Origin: Candidatus Hodarchaeaceae archaeon
GTDB lineage: Archaea; Hadarchaeota; Hadarchaeia; Hadarchaeales; Hadarchaeaceae
Direction: 5' to 3'
NCBI GenBank assembly: GCA_030018135.1
Contig: JASEGJ010000003.1
Span: 1-64,000, forward strand
DNA length: 64,000 bases
The notes under the pieces are model-generated. The model searched no databases. It was not told where the DNA came from and saw nothing but the letters and a program-made list of their open reading frames with translations. The position numbers were made by a program, and so were the translations under genes. Positions 38,361-47,256 of the stretch are shown one piece after another. Within the stretch, counting starts at the first letter, position 1, and each line of letters starts with the position of its first letter.

Positions 38361-39218
38361 ATGGTGGGGCAAGTAGAAGAAAGGATGAAAGAAATACAGG
38401 AACAGGAAAGGCGCCTCAAAATACGGATGGCCAAAATCAAGTATAAACTGGCGATACTGAGTGGAAAGGGCGGGGTCGGCAAGAGTACCATCACCGCTAA
38501 TTTAGCCATTGCTTTTGCACGCAAGGGTCACAAGGTGGGTGTTTTGGATGTTGATATTCACGGCCCGAGTATTCCCAAAATACTCGGCATGAGGGGGCAG
38601 GAGTTGACTGCAGGGCGGCTTGAAGGTGTGGGCATCTTTCCGGCCAAAGGTCCGCTCGACATCAAAGTCATCTCCATGGATTTCCTCCTCCCAGATGACG
38701 AAACCCCGGTTATTTGGCGCGGTCCGATGAAGATGGGTGCGATCAGGCAATTTTTGGCGGATGTGGCGTGGGGTGACTTGGATTTTCTGTTTATTGATGT
38801 CCCGCCAGGAACTGGGGACGAGCCGCTCAGCTTGATGCAATTGTTGCCAGACATCACGGGTGTCATCGTAGTAACTGCACCATCCGAGGTTTCTCAGATC
38901 GTCGTCAAGAGAGCAGTAGGATTTACAAGGGAGCTGCACGTGCCGGTGGTTGGCATCGTAGAGAACATGAGTGGGTTCGTTTGTCCAAAATGTGGTGCAG
39001 AATTCGACATTTTAGGAACTAGTGGTGGGCAAAAAATATCAGAGCAACTTGGCATCCCATTTTTGGGCAAGATTCCAATCGATCAAAAGATATGTGAGGA
39101 TTCAGACAGGGGAACGCCTTTCGTCATCGAGCGTGCTGAAACTCCGGCGGCTAAGGCCTTCATGCGAGTGGTTGATAAAGTGGAGGGGTATTTAAAACAA
39201 CTGGGAGTGCGGGCTTGA
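38361..39218 (+). CDS. mrp: Mrp/NBP35 (ApbC) Fe-S cluster carrier ATPase
   Basis: SGKGGVGKST, DVDIHGPS, VIWRGP, DVPPGTGDE, ENMSGFVCPKC. Confidence 0.95.
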   Translation: MVGQVEERMKEIQEQERRLKIRMAKIKYKLAILSGKGGVGKSTITANLAIAFARKGHKVGVLDVDIHGPSIPKILGMRGQELTAGRLEGVGIFPAKGPLDIKVISMDFLLPDDETPVIWRGPMKMGAIRQFLADVAWGDLDFLFIDVPPGTGDEPLSLMQLLPDITGVIVVTAPSEVSQIVVKRAVGFTRELHVPVVGIVENMSGFVCPKCGAEFDILGTSGGQKISEQLGIPFLGKIPIDQKICEDSDRGTPFVIERAETPAAKAFMRVVDKVEGYLKQLGVRA

Positions 39219-39973
39219 TCGTCGACGAGTTATTGGGTCTGGTCGGGGAGCGGAGAAGCCAGCTAGAAGACCTGACGCTCTCGAGGGTATGCGTGAGCCT
39301 CTGCTATACCGCGGTGATGCTCGATAACGGCTACGTTGGGCTCTGCCACACGCCTACCGAGGACATTGCACACACTCATTGGGGCCGCAGGCGGGACTTC
39401 CACGGCTTCAAGGCCTTGGAAATCACGCGCCTGGCGAATTCGCTTGACATGATTGAGAGGACCGTTGGCATAGCGGCATTGAACGCCCTCTCACAGTACC
39501 TGATGGACTCTGAAGGTTATGAGCGGCAGTTTGGAATGGACGCCTTTAATGCGATAGATGTAAAGGAGGAAGACAGCGCCGCGGTGGTTGGGTACATGAG
39601 GCCCCTAGTCGGGAAGCTGAGGGCAAAGGCCCGCGAAGTCCACGTTTTCGAACGCAACCCCCAATTGAGGGGGGATGCCCTGCCTGATACTTTTGTCGAC
39701 TCGATATTGCCGAAAGCGGATATCGTGGTTATAAGCGGGTCGAGTTTAGTCAATGGAACCCTTGATAGGTTGCTGGAGCTATCCAAAAGAACTAGATTCG
39801 TGATTTTTGCAGGGCCAACGGCCAGCACTTTACCAGAGCCTCTTTTCAAGCGGGGTGTAAGCGTCGTGGCGGGCGTTCGCGCGAAAGGTCCTAAGGTGAT
39901 GGGTGCAGTAGCCGAGGCCAAACCATTCGTGGCATTCAAACAGCTTGTGGAGAAGTATATTTTAAGGAGATGA
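39215..39973 (+). CDS. DUF364 (COG2014) family protein
   Basis: YTAV.L..G..G, GIAALNALSQ, VVGYM.P, FERNP, ISGSSLVNGT, GPTAS. Confidence 0.88.
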   Translation: MIVDELLGLVGERRSQLEDLTLSRVCVSLCYTAVMLDNGYVGLCHTPTEDIAHTHWGRRRDFHGFKALEITRLANSLDMIERTVGIAALNALSQYLMDSEGYERQFGMDAFNAIDVKEEDSAAVVGYMRPLVGKLRAKAREVHVFERNPQLRGDALPDTFVDSILPKADIVVISGSSLVNGTLDRLLELSKRTRFVIFAGPTASTLPEPLFKRGVSVVAGVRAKGPKVMGAVAEAKPFVAFKQLVEKYILRR

Positions 39974-39993
39974 AAACAGCCTAAGGGGTAAGA

Positions 39994-40602
39994 GTGAATC
40001 GGCTTAAGCACATCGCTGCAGAGCTCAAAGAGCATGCACCTTTCACCGCTTTTGGAGCGGGCGTAGGGATGGTTGTAATGGCTGTTGTGTGTCTAACCAA
40101 ACCCGACCCAGAGGTCTCTCACCACACCTTCCACGTCCTGCATCCCGCCCACATGCTACTGAGCTCGATCGTGACCGCCGCGATGTTCAGGCTGCATAGG
40201 AGGGGTGTCAGATCCTCGATAGTCGTCGGACTCGTGGGAGCAGCGGGAATATGCGCGATAAGTGACATATTGTTCCCCTACGTGGGAGGTACTTTGCTCG
40301 GGGCTAGGATGACTTTGCACGTGTGCCTCTTAAAGCACCCGTGGCTCGTGCTTATACCAGGAGTCGTTGGCGCGACAATTGGTGCCCTTACACGCCGCCC
40401 TACCAAGTGCCCGCACGCGGCGCACGTGCTAATAAGCACCCTCGCATCGCTCTTCTACCTCATGGCGTTTGGGGTGGTGGATTGGCTCCCGGTGTTTCCG
40501 CTCGTATTCGTGGTACTGTTCATAGCGGTATGGATCCCATGTTGCACCAGTGATATCGTGTTTCCCCTCTTGTTCGTGAGGGAAGGGAGGCATCGGAGGT
40601 GA
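39994..40602 (+). CDS. Conserved His/Cys-rich multi-pass membrane protein (putative metal transporter)
   Basis: LKEHAPFT, FH.LHP.H, C..SD..FPY, HVC..KHPW, PH..HVLIST, W.PCC.SDIVFP. Confidence 0.75.
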   Translation: MNRLKHIAAELKEHAPFTAFGAGVGMVVMAVVCLTKPDPEVSHHTFHVLHPAHMLLSSIVTAAMFRLHRRGVRSSIVVGLVGAAGICAISDILFPYVGGTLLGARMTLHVCLLKHPWLVLIPGVVGATIGALTRRPTKCPHAAHVLISTLASLFYLMAFGVVDWLPVFPLVFVVLFIAVWIPCCTSDIVFPLLFVREGRHRR

Positions 40603-40606
40603 CCTC

Positions 40607-41002
40607 GTGGACGAATTGGATGAAATACGCAAGAGGGGGATGAAAGAGCTGATGCGGAAATATTTGGGGAAAAAGGAAGCGTTTGGCAAACCCATTCAGG
40701 TCACGGACGAAACATTCGACCGAGTCATCAAGGCCCATCCCGTAGTCGTGGTGGACTTCTGGGGTGAGTGGTGCCCGCCATGTCGCTTAATCGCGCCAAT
40801 CATCGAGGAGCTCGCAAGGGATTACGCAGGAAAGGTGATATTCGGGAAGCTGAACGTCGATGAGAACAAAGCTACCGCGGTGAGGTATGGTATAACGGCG
40901 ATCCCGACCTTACTGATTTTTAAGAACGGTAAGCTGGTCGACCAAGTGCTCGGCGCTGTGTCGAAGCGGCACTTGGAGGAAAAAATTAGAAAAACGATTT
41001 AA
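40607..41002 (+). CDS. trxA: Thioredoxin
   Basis: VVDFWGEWCPPCR, KLNVDEN, IPTL; N-terminal DELDEIR. Confidence 0.93.
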   Translation: MDELDEIRKRGMKELMRKYLGKKEAFGKPIQVTDETFDRVIKAHPVVVVDFWGEWCPPCRLIAPIIEELARDYAGKVIFGKLNVDENKATAVRYGITAIPTLLIFKNGKLVDQVLGAVSKRHLEEKIRKTI

Positions 41003-41006
41003 AGCT

Positions 41007-41369
41007 CTAACTGAGTCCCTTCATCGCATCCATCGCCACCTTCGTGTAGGCCAGCGCAGGACCACCGCCCATCACTATCGCCATGAAGCAAGCCTCGATT
41101 ATTTCGTCCTTCGTCGCCCCCGCCTCTATCGCCTTCTTCACGTGGGTCGCTATGCACCAGTCGCATCCCCTGACGATCCCCGCGGCCAGCGCTATCAGCC
41201 GCTTCACCTTGGCGGAAAGGGCTCCCTCTTCAAAGGCGTGCCTCAGGAACACGTTGAACTGTCCTCCGACTTTCGGGGATATCCTCCCTAGCTCTTCGGC
41301 TGTTTCCGCCAGTTCCTTTACCAGCCTAACGGCTTCTCCTCCTTCCATCTCGATCACCCCCTTTAACAC
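41007..41369 (-). CDS. Carboxymuconolactone decarboxylase/AhpD family protein
   Basis: GALS.K.K.LIALA, CDWCIATH, GAT.DEI.EA, MGGGPA. Confidence 0.9.
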   Translation of the reverse strand: MLKGVIEMEGGEAVRLVKELAETAEELGRISPKVGGQFNVFLRHAFEEGALSAKVKRLIALAAGIVRGCDWCIATHVKKAIEAGATKDEIIEACFMAIVMGGGPALAYTKVAMDAMKGLS

Positions 41370-41440
41370 CTATAGGCTACTGTTAAATCGTCAAATGAGT
41401 TCTTATTAACCTTTGAGAACGTCGGCGAAAAGGGGAAAAC

Positions 41441-42019
41441 ATGGTAAATTGTGTATCTTGCGTGGAAAAAGCGTGTTCAAGAGGGAACCCATGCCCAGTC
41501 GGCGAACCTTTGAAAAAATTTGCATTCAAATTCAAGGAATACCGCAAAGCGGGCAACTTGAAGCTCTATCAAAAATCCAGCTCGCTAGAAGTCGAAGGGT
41601 ACATGAGATACCCCCGGGTGAAAGAACCCATCCGGCTGGCAGAGGGGATGGGCTGGAATAAACTGGGGATGGCCTTTTGCATAGGTCTTTCGGAGGAGGC
41701 GAAGAAGCTGCAGGAGGTACTGAAGTGCACGGTTTTGAAGTTCATTCGGTTGTGTGTAAAGTTGGTGGCGTTGAGAAGGAAAAATTCTCTTCCCGAAAGG
41801 AAAAGATCACGCATGCAATCCAATTCTCCAAGCGATGGTCCTCAACGAGGTTGGAACGGATTTGAACGTCATCGTGGGTCTTTGCATCGGCCACGACACC
41901 TGTTCCAGCGGTATTCGAAGGCTCCGACGACGACGCTCATAGTCAAGGATCGAGTACTGGCTCACAATCCGGTCGGGGCCCTCTACTCGAGATACCACTT
42001 CAAAAAGTTGTTGCGGTAG
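41441..42019 (+). pseudogene. DUF1847 family metal-binding protein, multiply frameshifted
   Basis: PRV.E..RLA...G..KLG.AFCIGL..EA in frame 1; HGFEV.SVVCKVG and [22 protein letters not shown] in other frames; KDRVLAHNP back in the first frame. Confidence 0.8.
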
Positions 42020-42025
42020 GAGAGG

Positions 42026-42814
42026 TTGAGCGATAATTTCAGAGAGGTAATCTACGGCCCGGTTTTCTCTTGGCGGCTTGGCAGATCTCTGGGAGTAGAC
42101 CCGATTTGCGCCGAGGGGAAAATCTGTTCATTCGATTGTGTGTATTGCTCTCTCGGTCGGACCGCGATGAAAACCGTCGACCGCAGAACCTTTGTCCCGG
42201 CGAAAACTGTGGAGCGAGCCCTTGGAGAAGCGCTGAAAAGTGTCAAGGCGGATGTCATAACTTTTTCTGGAACGGGTGAGCCGACACTCGCCAAAAACTT
42301 GGGTGAACTCATAGAGGTCGCTAAAGAATCCTCCGATCTCCCGGTCGCGGTTTTAACGAATTCCTCCCTCCAATTCAGGAAGGATGCGAGAAAAGAACTC
42401 GCAAAGGCGGACATCGTGAAAGGCAAACTGGATGCTCAAAACGATGAACTTCTCAAACGGATAAATCGTCCGCACGAGAAAATTTCGTTCTCTGAAATCA
42501 TAGCGGGTTTGAAAAAATTCCGAAAGGAGTTCACCGGAAGGTTCGCGATAGAGGTGATGTTCGTCCCGGAAAACAAGGATTTTTCGGGCGAGATCGCGGA
42601 AATTGTGGAAACAATAGAGCCGGATGAGGTCCAGATTAACACCCCTCTCAGACCGAGTCCCGCAACACCGCTTACCCGAGAGGAGTTGGAGAAAGTCGAG
42701 AAAAGCTTTCGGGGTTTGAATTGCAGGTCCGTTTACAAAGCTAGAATCCCGGCAAGACGCTACCTAAAAGTCTTGGGAGCGGAAAAAATAAGACGGCTCA
42801 AACGAGTCGATTGA
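42026..42814 (+). CDS. Radical SAM protein (COG0731-like)
   Basis: YGPV.SWRLGRSLGVD, CSFDCVYC.LG, TFSG.GEPTL, LTNSSL, INRP. Confidence 0.9.
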   Translation: MSDNFREVIYGPVFSWRLGRSLGVDPICAEGKICSFDCVYCSLGRTAMKTVDRRTFVPAKTVERALGEALKSVKADVITFSGTGEPTLAKNLGELIEVAKESSDLPVAVLTNSSLQFRKDARKELAKADIVKGKLDAQNDELLKRINRPHEKISFSEIIAGLKKFRKEFTGRFAIEVMFVPENKDFSGEIAEIVETIEPDEVQINTPLRPSPATPLTREELEKVEKSFRGLNCRSVYKARIPARRYLKVLGAEKIRRLKRVD

Positions 42815-43140
42815 TTACTTGGGTTCGTTGGTGCCAAGAATAAAATCCGAGCCCCGCCTTTCTCTCCTCTTCCCGTCTCCCACTAGCAAAGAGTCGAACA
42901 CCACTGATCGACAATTTTCTCCAAGCCTTCCCTTTCGTCGATATCAATGCCGCCACACGAGCCGCCTGGGCTTTACTCTGCACGAGGATCACGCCTGCCC
43001 TTTCGAGTTTTCTTCGTTGCACCGATAGGTTTTGCGGATCGCGGGGTGTGTCAAATCGAGGCGACAATGCTCAAGTGCCCCTTCTCTGCCCCCACGGCAT
43101 GCTTTGCTTCACCGATCGCTTTTGCGAGTTCATCCGCTGG
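42798..43140 (-). pseudogene. FdrA (acyl-CoA synthetase-like) C-terminal remnant
   Basis: DELAKAIGEAK...LSIVASI, then (shifted) TPRDPQNLSVQRRKLERAGV.LV.S.AQAAR.AALI, resembling the FdrA C-terminus. Confidence 0.6.
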
Positions 43141-43434
43141 GTTTTAAAGGCCTCTCGGATGGAGTGGCATGTGCTTTTGCTCGGGCCAAAACCTTCACGA
43201 TCCTCGATGTAGGGGGCAGAAAGGTTCAGGTGAAAGTCATCGCCAACCGGCAATTTCTGCGAGCGCGGCCGCGGACGGGCGGTAGTTCAAATGCTTTCGG
43301 AGGAGGGCGTGGATGTTGCGATCGCGGGCGAGTTCGGCCCGGGGGCGGCGGCATTTCTCCAAAAGAATAGAATCGACACGGTCGTGGAAAAAGCCGGCAC
43401 TAAGGTTGTCGACTTGCTGAGGGGCAAATATTGA
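43140..43434 (+). pseudogene. NifB/NifX family gene, 5'-truncated and frameshifted
   Basis: GLSDGV..AFARAKTFTILD, then (shifted) VVQMLSEEGVDVAIAGEFGPGA...GTKV.DLL; no start codon. Confidence 0.7.
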
Positions 43435-43518
43435 AATACGATATCGCATAGTGCATTCCTCACGAGTTGGCTCTGAGGAGCTGGGCCTTCCATCAAACCT
43501 AGGTCTTAGGAGCACGGC

Positions 43519-44184
43519 CTACCATCGACTTTCTTTAACGAGTCGGTGGGCCATCCTCACGTGCATGTCCGCAGACTCCTCGACGACCGGCCCGTGGCCG
43601 GGAAGCAGCTTCTGCACCTCCAGTCTAGCCAACCTCCGCAGCGATTTCAGCATTGCCGCCGCGTCGCCCGTCGGCAAATCAACGCGCCCGATGCCTTCAC
43701 AGAAAACAGTGTCCCCCGAGAAGAGGAGCCGCTGCTTTGGCTCGTACAGGCATATGCTACCCAGCGTGTGGCCAGGAGTATGCAACACCTCGAGCTTGAG
43801 TTTACCGAGCTTAATGCGGTCGCCCTCGCGTAACTCCCGCGCAACCTCCATTGGCCCCAACCTTCCACCGAAGCCTCCTGCTAGCGTGATAGTTTGATCC
43901 CCCTTCCGAAGCAGCTCCGCCTCGAGCTCATGGATCGACACCTCGCAGCCCGCAGCGACGAAATCCCGGTCGCCGCCAGCGTGATCGAAGTGGCAGTGGG
44001 TGTTGATGATGAGTTCGATGTCGCCCGGCTTCAGGTTAAAATCGGCCAGATTTCGTTTGACCGACTCGAAGTTCATGCCCGTGCCCGCGTCGATGAGCGC
44101 TACGGTCTCGTCGATGATCAAGTAGATATTCGAGTCGAATCCAAAACCACCTATACTGTGCACCTCTGCCAATTTCACCGCCAA
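43519..44184 (-). CDS. MBL-fold hydrolase (glyoxalase II-like)
   Basis: THCHFDHAGG, HTPGHT.GS, LFSGD, LPGHG. Confidence 0.9.
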   Translation of the reverse strand: MAVKLAEVHSIGGFGFDSNIYLIIDETVALIDAGTGMNFESVKRNLADFNLKPGDIELIINTHCHFDHAGGDRDFVAAGCEVSIHELEAELLRKGDQTITLAGGFGGRLGPMEVARELREGDRIKLGKLKLEVLHTPGHTLGSICLYEPKQRLLFSGDTVFCEGIGRVDLPTGDAAAMLKSLRRLARLEVQKLLPGHGPVVEESADMHVRMAHRLVKESRW

Positions 44185-44199
44185 AATACGGATGGTGGG

Positions 44200-45291
44200 C
44201 TAAGTTATGACATTTTCTAGTCCAACCTCGCGAGCTATTTCGAGCGCCCTACCAAATTCATCGCTCGTCAGTCGCCTGTTCAGTTCCTCGAACTCATGGG
44301 CCCGATATTCTGGCCTGTACTGGTCCATCAAATTCACACGAACCATTGAGCCCAAGTTCTCGGCTATCCATTCGAGCACCGGGCGGGTGCAGCATTCGAT
44401 GTGGTTGGGAAGGACTAGATGGCGGACGATGAGCTCTGAGTCAGCAAAAGCGAGCCTATGATTGCGTGCAACGATTTTGAAAAAATTTGGCACCTTTGAA
44501 TACTTGAGTGCACACTTATCGTCTGCATACTTAAAATCGGTTAAATAGACATCCTGCGTCCCGAAAAGCAGTTTCATTGCCTCGAGCGACATGTAGAAGT
44601 TAGAGTTCCAAACACTCGGTACGCTTACTTCACACAGGTTAAGCGTCTCCAGGATCGTATGAAGGTGAGGAGTAGGGGAACCACCGACCCAGTTGACGTT
44701 TCTAGCCCCATCATGACGTTGGGCTTCGACGAGTCTGGCAAGCGTCCGAGGCGAGACTTCGACTCCCCCTCTTGGATCTTGGGAGATGTCATAGTTCTGG
44801 CAGAAGCAGCACTTGAAGGTGCAGCCGTTAAAAAAGATCGTGTAACTCGGCACAAGCTCCGGCTCTTCGCCCATGTGGATGAACTCCGATGCTATTCGCG
44901 ACCGTTCACTCACCCCACAGACCCCAACTTTCCCCGCAGTTCGGTCGACCACACACCTGCGCTCGCAGAAGTGGCAAGATTTCAGGATTCGCCGGGCGAG
45001 TTCCACCTTTAAGTCGAGCAGCGAGGGCTCTGGTCGCTCGAGGTCCTCAAGCCTCGCCTTGCCCCCGTCGATGTGCGCGAGCAGCTTGCGGAACTCCCTC
45101 AGGCCGCGATCGTGCGCGCGCCACAGCTCCTCATCGCCCGCCGAAAGGTCGACCTTGACCTCCGCACGCTTGCACACCAAGAAGCGCGCCGGGAGCTCGC
45201 CCCCCATGACCGCGAAGTAGCGGCCGAGCGATTTCCGCGCCCGCTCGTCCTTGAGCACCGCCACCGCGTCCGGCCTCAAAACCCGCCACAT
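44200..45291 (-). CDS. PflX-like radical SAM protein (COG1313)
   Basis: C.FCERRC.VDR, H.GEEPELVPS.TIFF.GC.F.C.FCQN, YL.DFKY, RHLVLPNH.ECCT. Confidence 0.9.
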   Translation of the reverse strand: MWRVLRPDAVAVLKDERARKSLGRYFAVMGGELPARFLVCKRAEVKVDLSAGDEELWRAHDRGLREFRKLLAHIDGGKARLEDLERPEPSLLDLKVELARRILKSCHFCERRCVVDRTAGKVGVCGVSERSRIASEFIHMGEEPELVPSYTIFFNGCTFKCCFCQNYDISQDPRGGVEVSPRTLARLVEAQRHDGARNVNWVGGSPTPHLHTILETLNLCEVSVPSVWNSNFYMSLEAMKLLFGTQDVYLTDFKYADDKCALKYSKVPNFFKIVARNHRLAFADSELIVRHLVLPNHIECCTRPVLEWIAENLGSMVRVNLMDQYRPEYRAHEFEELNRRLTSDEFGRALEIAREVGLENVIT

Positions 45292-45354
45292 TTGCCAGCC
45301 CCATATATGTTTTTAAATCAGCCCCACAAAAGGGTTGTCGCATCAGGTGTCATC

Positions 45355-46221
45355 ATGATAGTGGTTGCTGGCCCAGCTTCAGGTGAATTAGCCGCGCGGG
45401 TCGCCAAGGCCTTGAAGTGTTCGCTCATCGAGCCAGAACTCAAACGCTTCCCGGATGGCGAGAGCTACGTGCGCATCGACCACAAGTTCGAGGGCGAACA
45501 CGCCGTGGTCGTGCAATCCACCTGCCATCCGGTGAACGACAATTTCATGGAGCTATTTCTGCTCTTGGATACCACCAAGGACTTGGGCGCCAAGCGCGTG
45601 ACGGCGGCAGTGCCCTATTTTGGCTACGCCCGGCAGGATAAGCGCTTCAAGCCCGGCGAGGCCATCAGCGTTCGGACCATGTGCAAGCTGATCGAGCGCG
45701 CTGGCGCGGATGATCTGCTGACGATCGATATCCATGAGGATGAAATAATGGCGAACTTCGCGATCCCCGCATACAACCTCACCGCAATGCCGCTGATCGG
45801 CCGCTACCTCGCAAACCTCGACCTTCGAGATCCGGTCGTTCTGGCGCCGGACCCCGGGGCGTTGCGCCACGCCCGTCGCGCCGCGGCCGAGTTCATGGCG
45901 GACTACGATTACCTCGAAAAGACCAGGCTGACCTCAACCAAGGTCGCGATGCGCCCCAAGCGACTCAGCGTGTCCGGGAGGGACGTCGCGATAGTCGACG
46001 ACATAATCAGCACGGGCGGCACGGTAATCGAGGCCACCAAGGTACTCAAAAAGCAGGGAGCCCGCAAGATCTACGCAGCTTGCACTCATCCGGTGCTCGT
46101 GGGCAAGGCCGCGCAAAAGATCCTGGCAGCCGGCGTGCGAGAAATCATCTCGACCGATACCATCAAGCATAAGACAAATATGATATCCGTAGCGCCAGTC
46201 ATAGCAGAATCGATCCATTAG
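45355..46221 (+). CDS. prs: Ribose-phosphate pyrophosphokinase
   Basis: FPDGE.YVRI, PYFGYARQD, LAPDPGA, VDDIISTGGT; start ATG at 45355. Confidence 0.96.
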   Translation: MIVVAGPASGELAARVAKALKCSLIEPELKRFPDGESYVRIDHKFEGEHAVVVQSTCHPVNDNFMELFLLLDTTKDLGAKRVTAAVPYFGYARQDKRFKPGEAISVRTMCKLIERAGADDLLTIDIHEDEIMANFAIPAYNLTAMPLIGRYLANLDLRDPVVLAPDPGALRHARRAAAEFMADYDYLEKTRLTSTKVAMRPKRLSVSGRDVAIVDDIISTGGTVIEATKVLKKQGARKIYAACTHPVLVGKAAQKILAAGVREIISTDTIKHKTNMISVAPVIAESIH

Positions 46222-46229
46222 GGTTTCCC

Positions 46230-47255
46230 ATGAGGCAACTCATGTTCCTGCTCTCAGGCGAGCACCCAACTCTGCCGGTGGCGGAGGCAGCGGCTGCCAT
46301 CAAGGCGGAACACCGCGCCTACAAGGTGATCGAACAGTTCGACCAAGTTTTGGTGGTGGAAACCAAGGCCAAGCCGGAAGTCCTCGCCTCGAGGCTCGCC
46401 ATGTGTCGTGAGATATGTTGGCACCTCTGTACCTCCGGCGTTGACGAGGTCTTGGAAGCGGTGGGCAGCTCCGACATCGTCGACCTCATCCCCCACGGCC
46501 GGACCTTCGCGGTGCACATAAAACGCGTGAAGCGCCACTCCTCTGAAGTCGATGTGCCCAAGCTGACCAGAGATATTGCGGAGTTGATAGCCAGCGAGGT
46601 GGAGTTCAAGGTCGACCTTGTGCAACCCGAAGTTGAGGTGTTGGGTGTACTCACGGATGGCAAGTGCATAATCGGTCTAAAGGCCACGCACGTCGACCGC
46701 ACCCAGTTTACAAAGCGCCGGCCGACGATGAGGCCAGCGTTTCACCCCGGCACGCTTACGCCCCTTTTGGCGCGCTGCATGGTGAACTTGGCGCGGACCC
46801 CCAGGGGCGGTACCATGCTCGATCCGTTTTGCGGTGTCGGGGGTATCCTGATCGAAGCGGGCCTGATGGGCGCGAAGCCAATCGGCATGGATATCGACGC
46901 GGAGATGATAGAGGGCGCTCGGCGCAACCTCGAAGCCGCTGGTATAAAAGATTACCAGTTGCTCGTTGGAGATGCGCGGCATCTCCCAGTGGCGGAGGTC
47001 GACGCAGTTGCCACTGACCCGCCGTACGGACGACAGGCCACCACCGCAGGCCTGCGGCTCGAGGAGCTTTATGGGCAGGCGTTACCTTCGATCGCAGGCG
47101 TGCTCAAACGCAGGGGGTACGTGTGCATCACCTCGCCGGCGGATCTTGAGCTCAAGGAGCTAGCCAAGGGAGCGGGCCTGAGGCTCATCGAAAGGCATGA
47201 GCAACGCGTGCATAAGAGCTTGACCCGCCGCATCTATGTATTCAGGGGAAAGTAG
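46230..47255 (+). CDS. trmG10: tRNA (guanine(10)-N2)-methyltransferase (THUMP plus MTase)
   Basis: LSGEHP.LP.AE, RP.FHPG...P..AR..VNL, DPFCG.GG, TDPPYG, VHKSLTR.I. Confidence 0.9.
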   Translation: MRQLMFLLSGEHPTLPVAEAAAAIKAEHRAYKVIEQFDQVLVVETKAKPEVLASRLAMCREICWHLCTSGVDEVLEAVGSSDIVDLIPHGRTFAVHIKRVKRHSSEVDVPKLTRDIAELIASEVEFKVDLVQPEVEVLGVLTDGKCIIGLKATHVDRTQFTKRRPTMRPAFHPGTLTPLLARCMVNLARTPRGGTMLDPFCGVGGILIEAGLMGAKPIGMDIDAEMIEGARRNLEAAGIKDYQLLVGDARHLPVAEVDAVATDPPYGRQATTAGLRLEELYGQALPSIAGVLKRRGYVCITSPADLELKELAKGAGLRLIERHEQRVHKSLTRRIYVFRGK

Positions 47256-47256
47256 G

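Noticed and set aside
43051-43053. In-frame TGA at a Cys-equivalent position in the fdrA remnant as selenocysteine
   Set aside because: It coincides with a frameshift in a 5'-truncated fragment, so decay is the simpler explanation.
45073-45354. N-terminal extension of the prs ORF
   Set aside because: Overlaps the divergent PflX-like gene and the promoter gap; PRS homology begins at ATG 45355.
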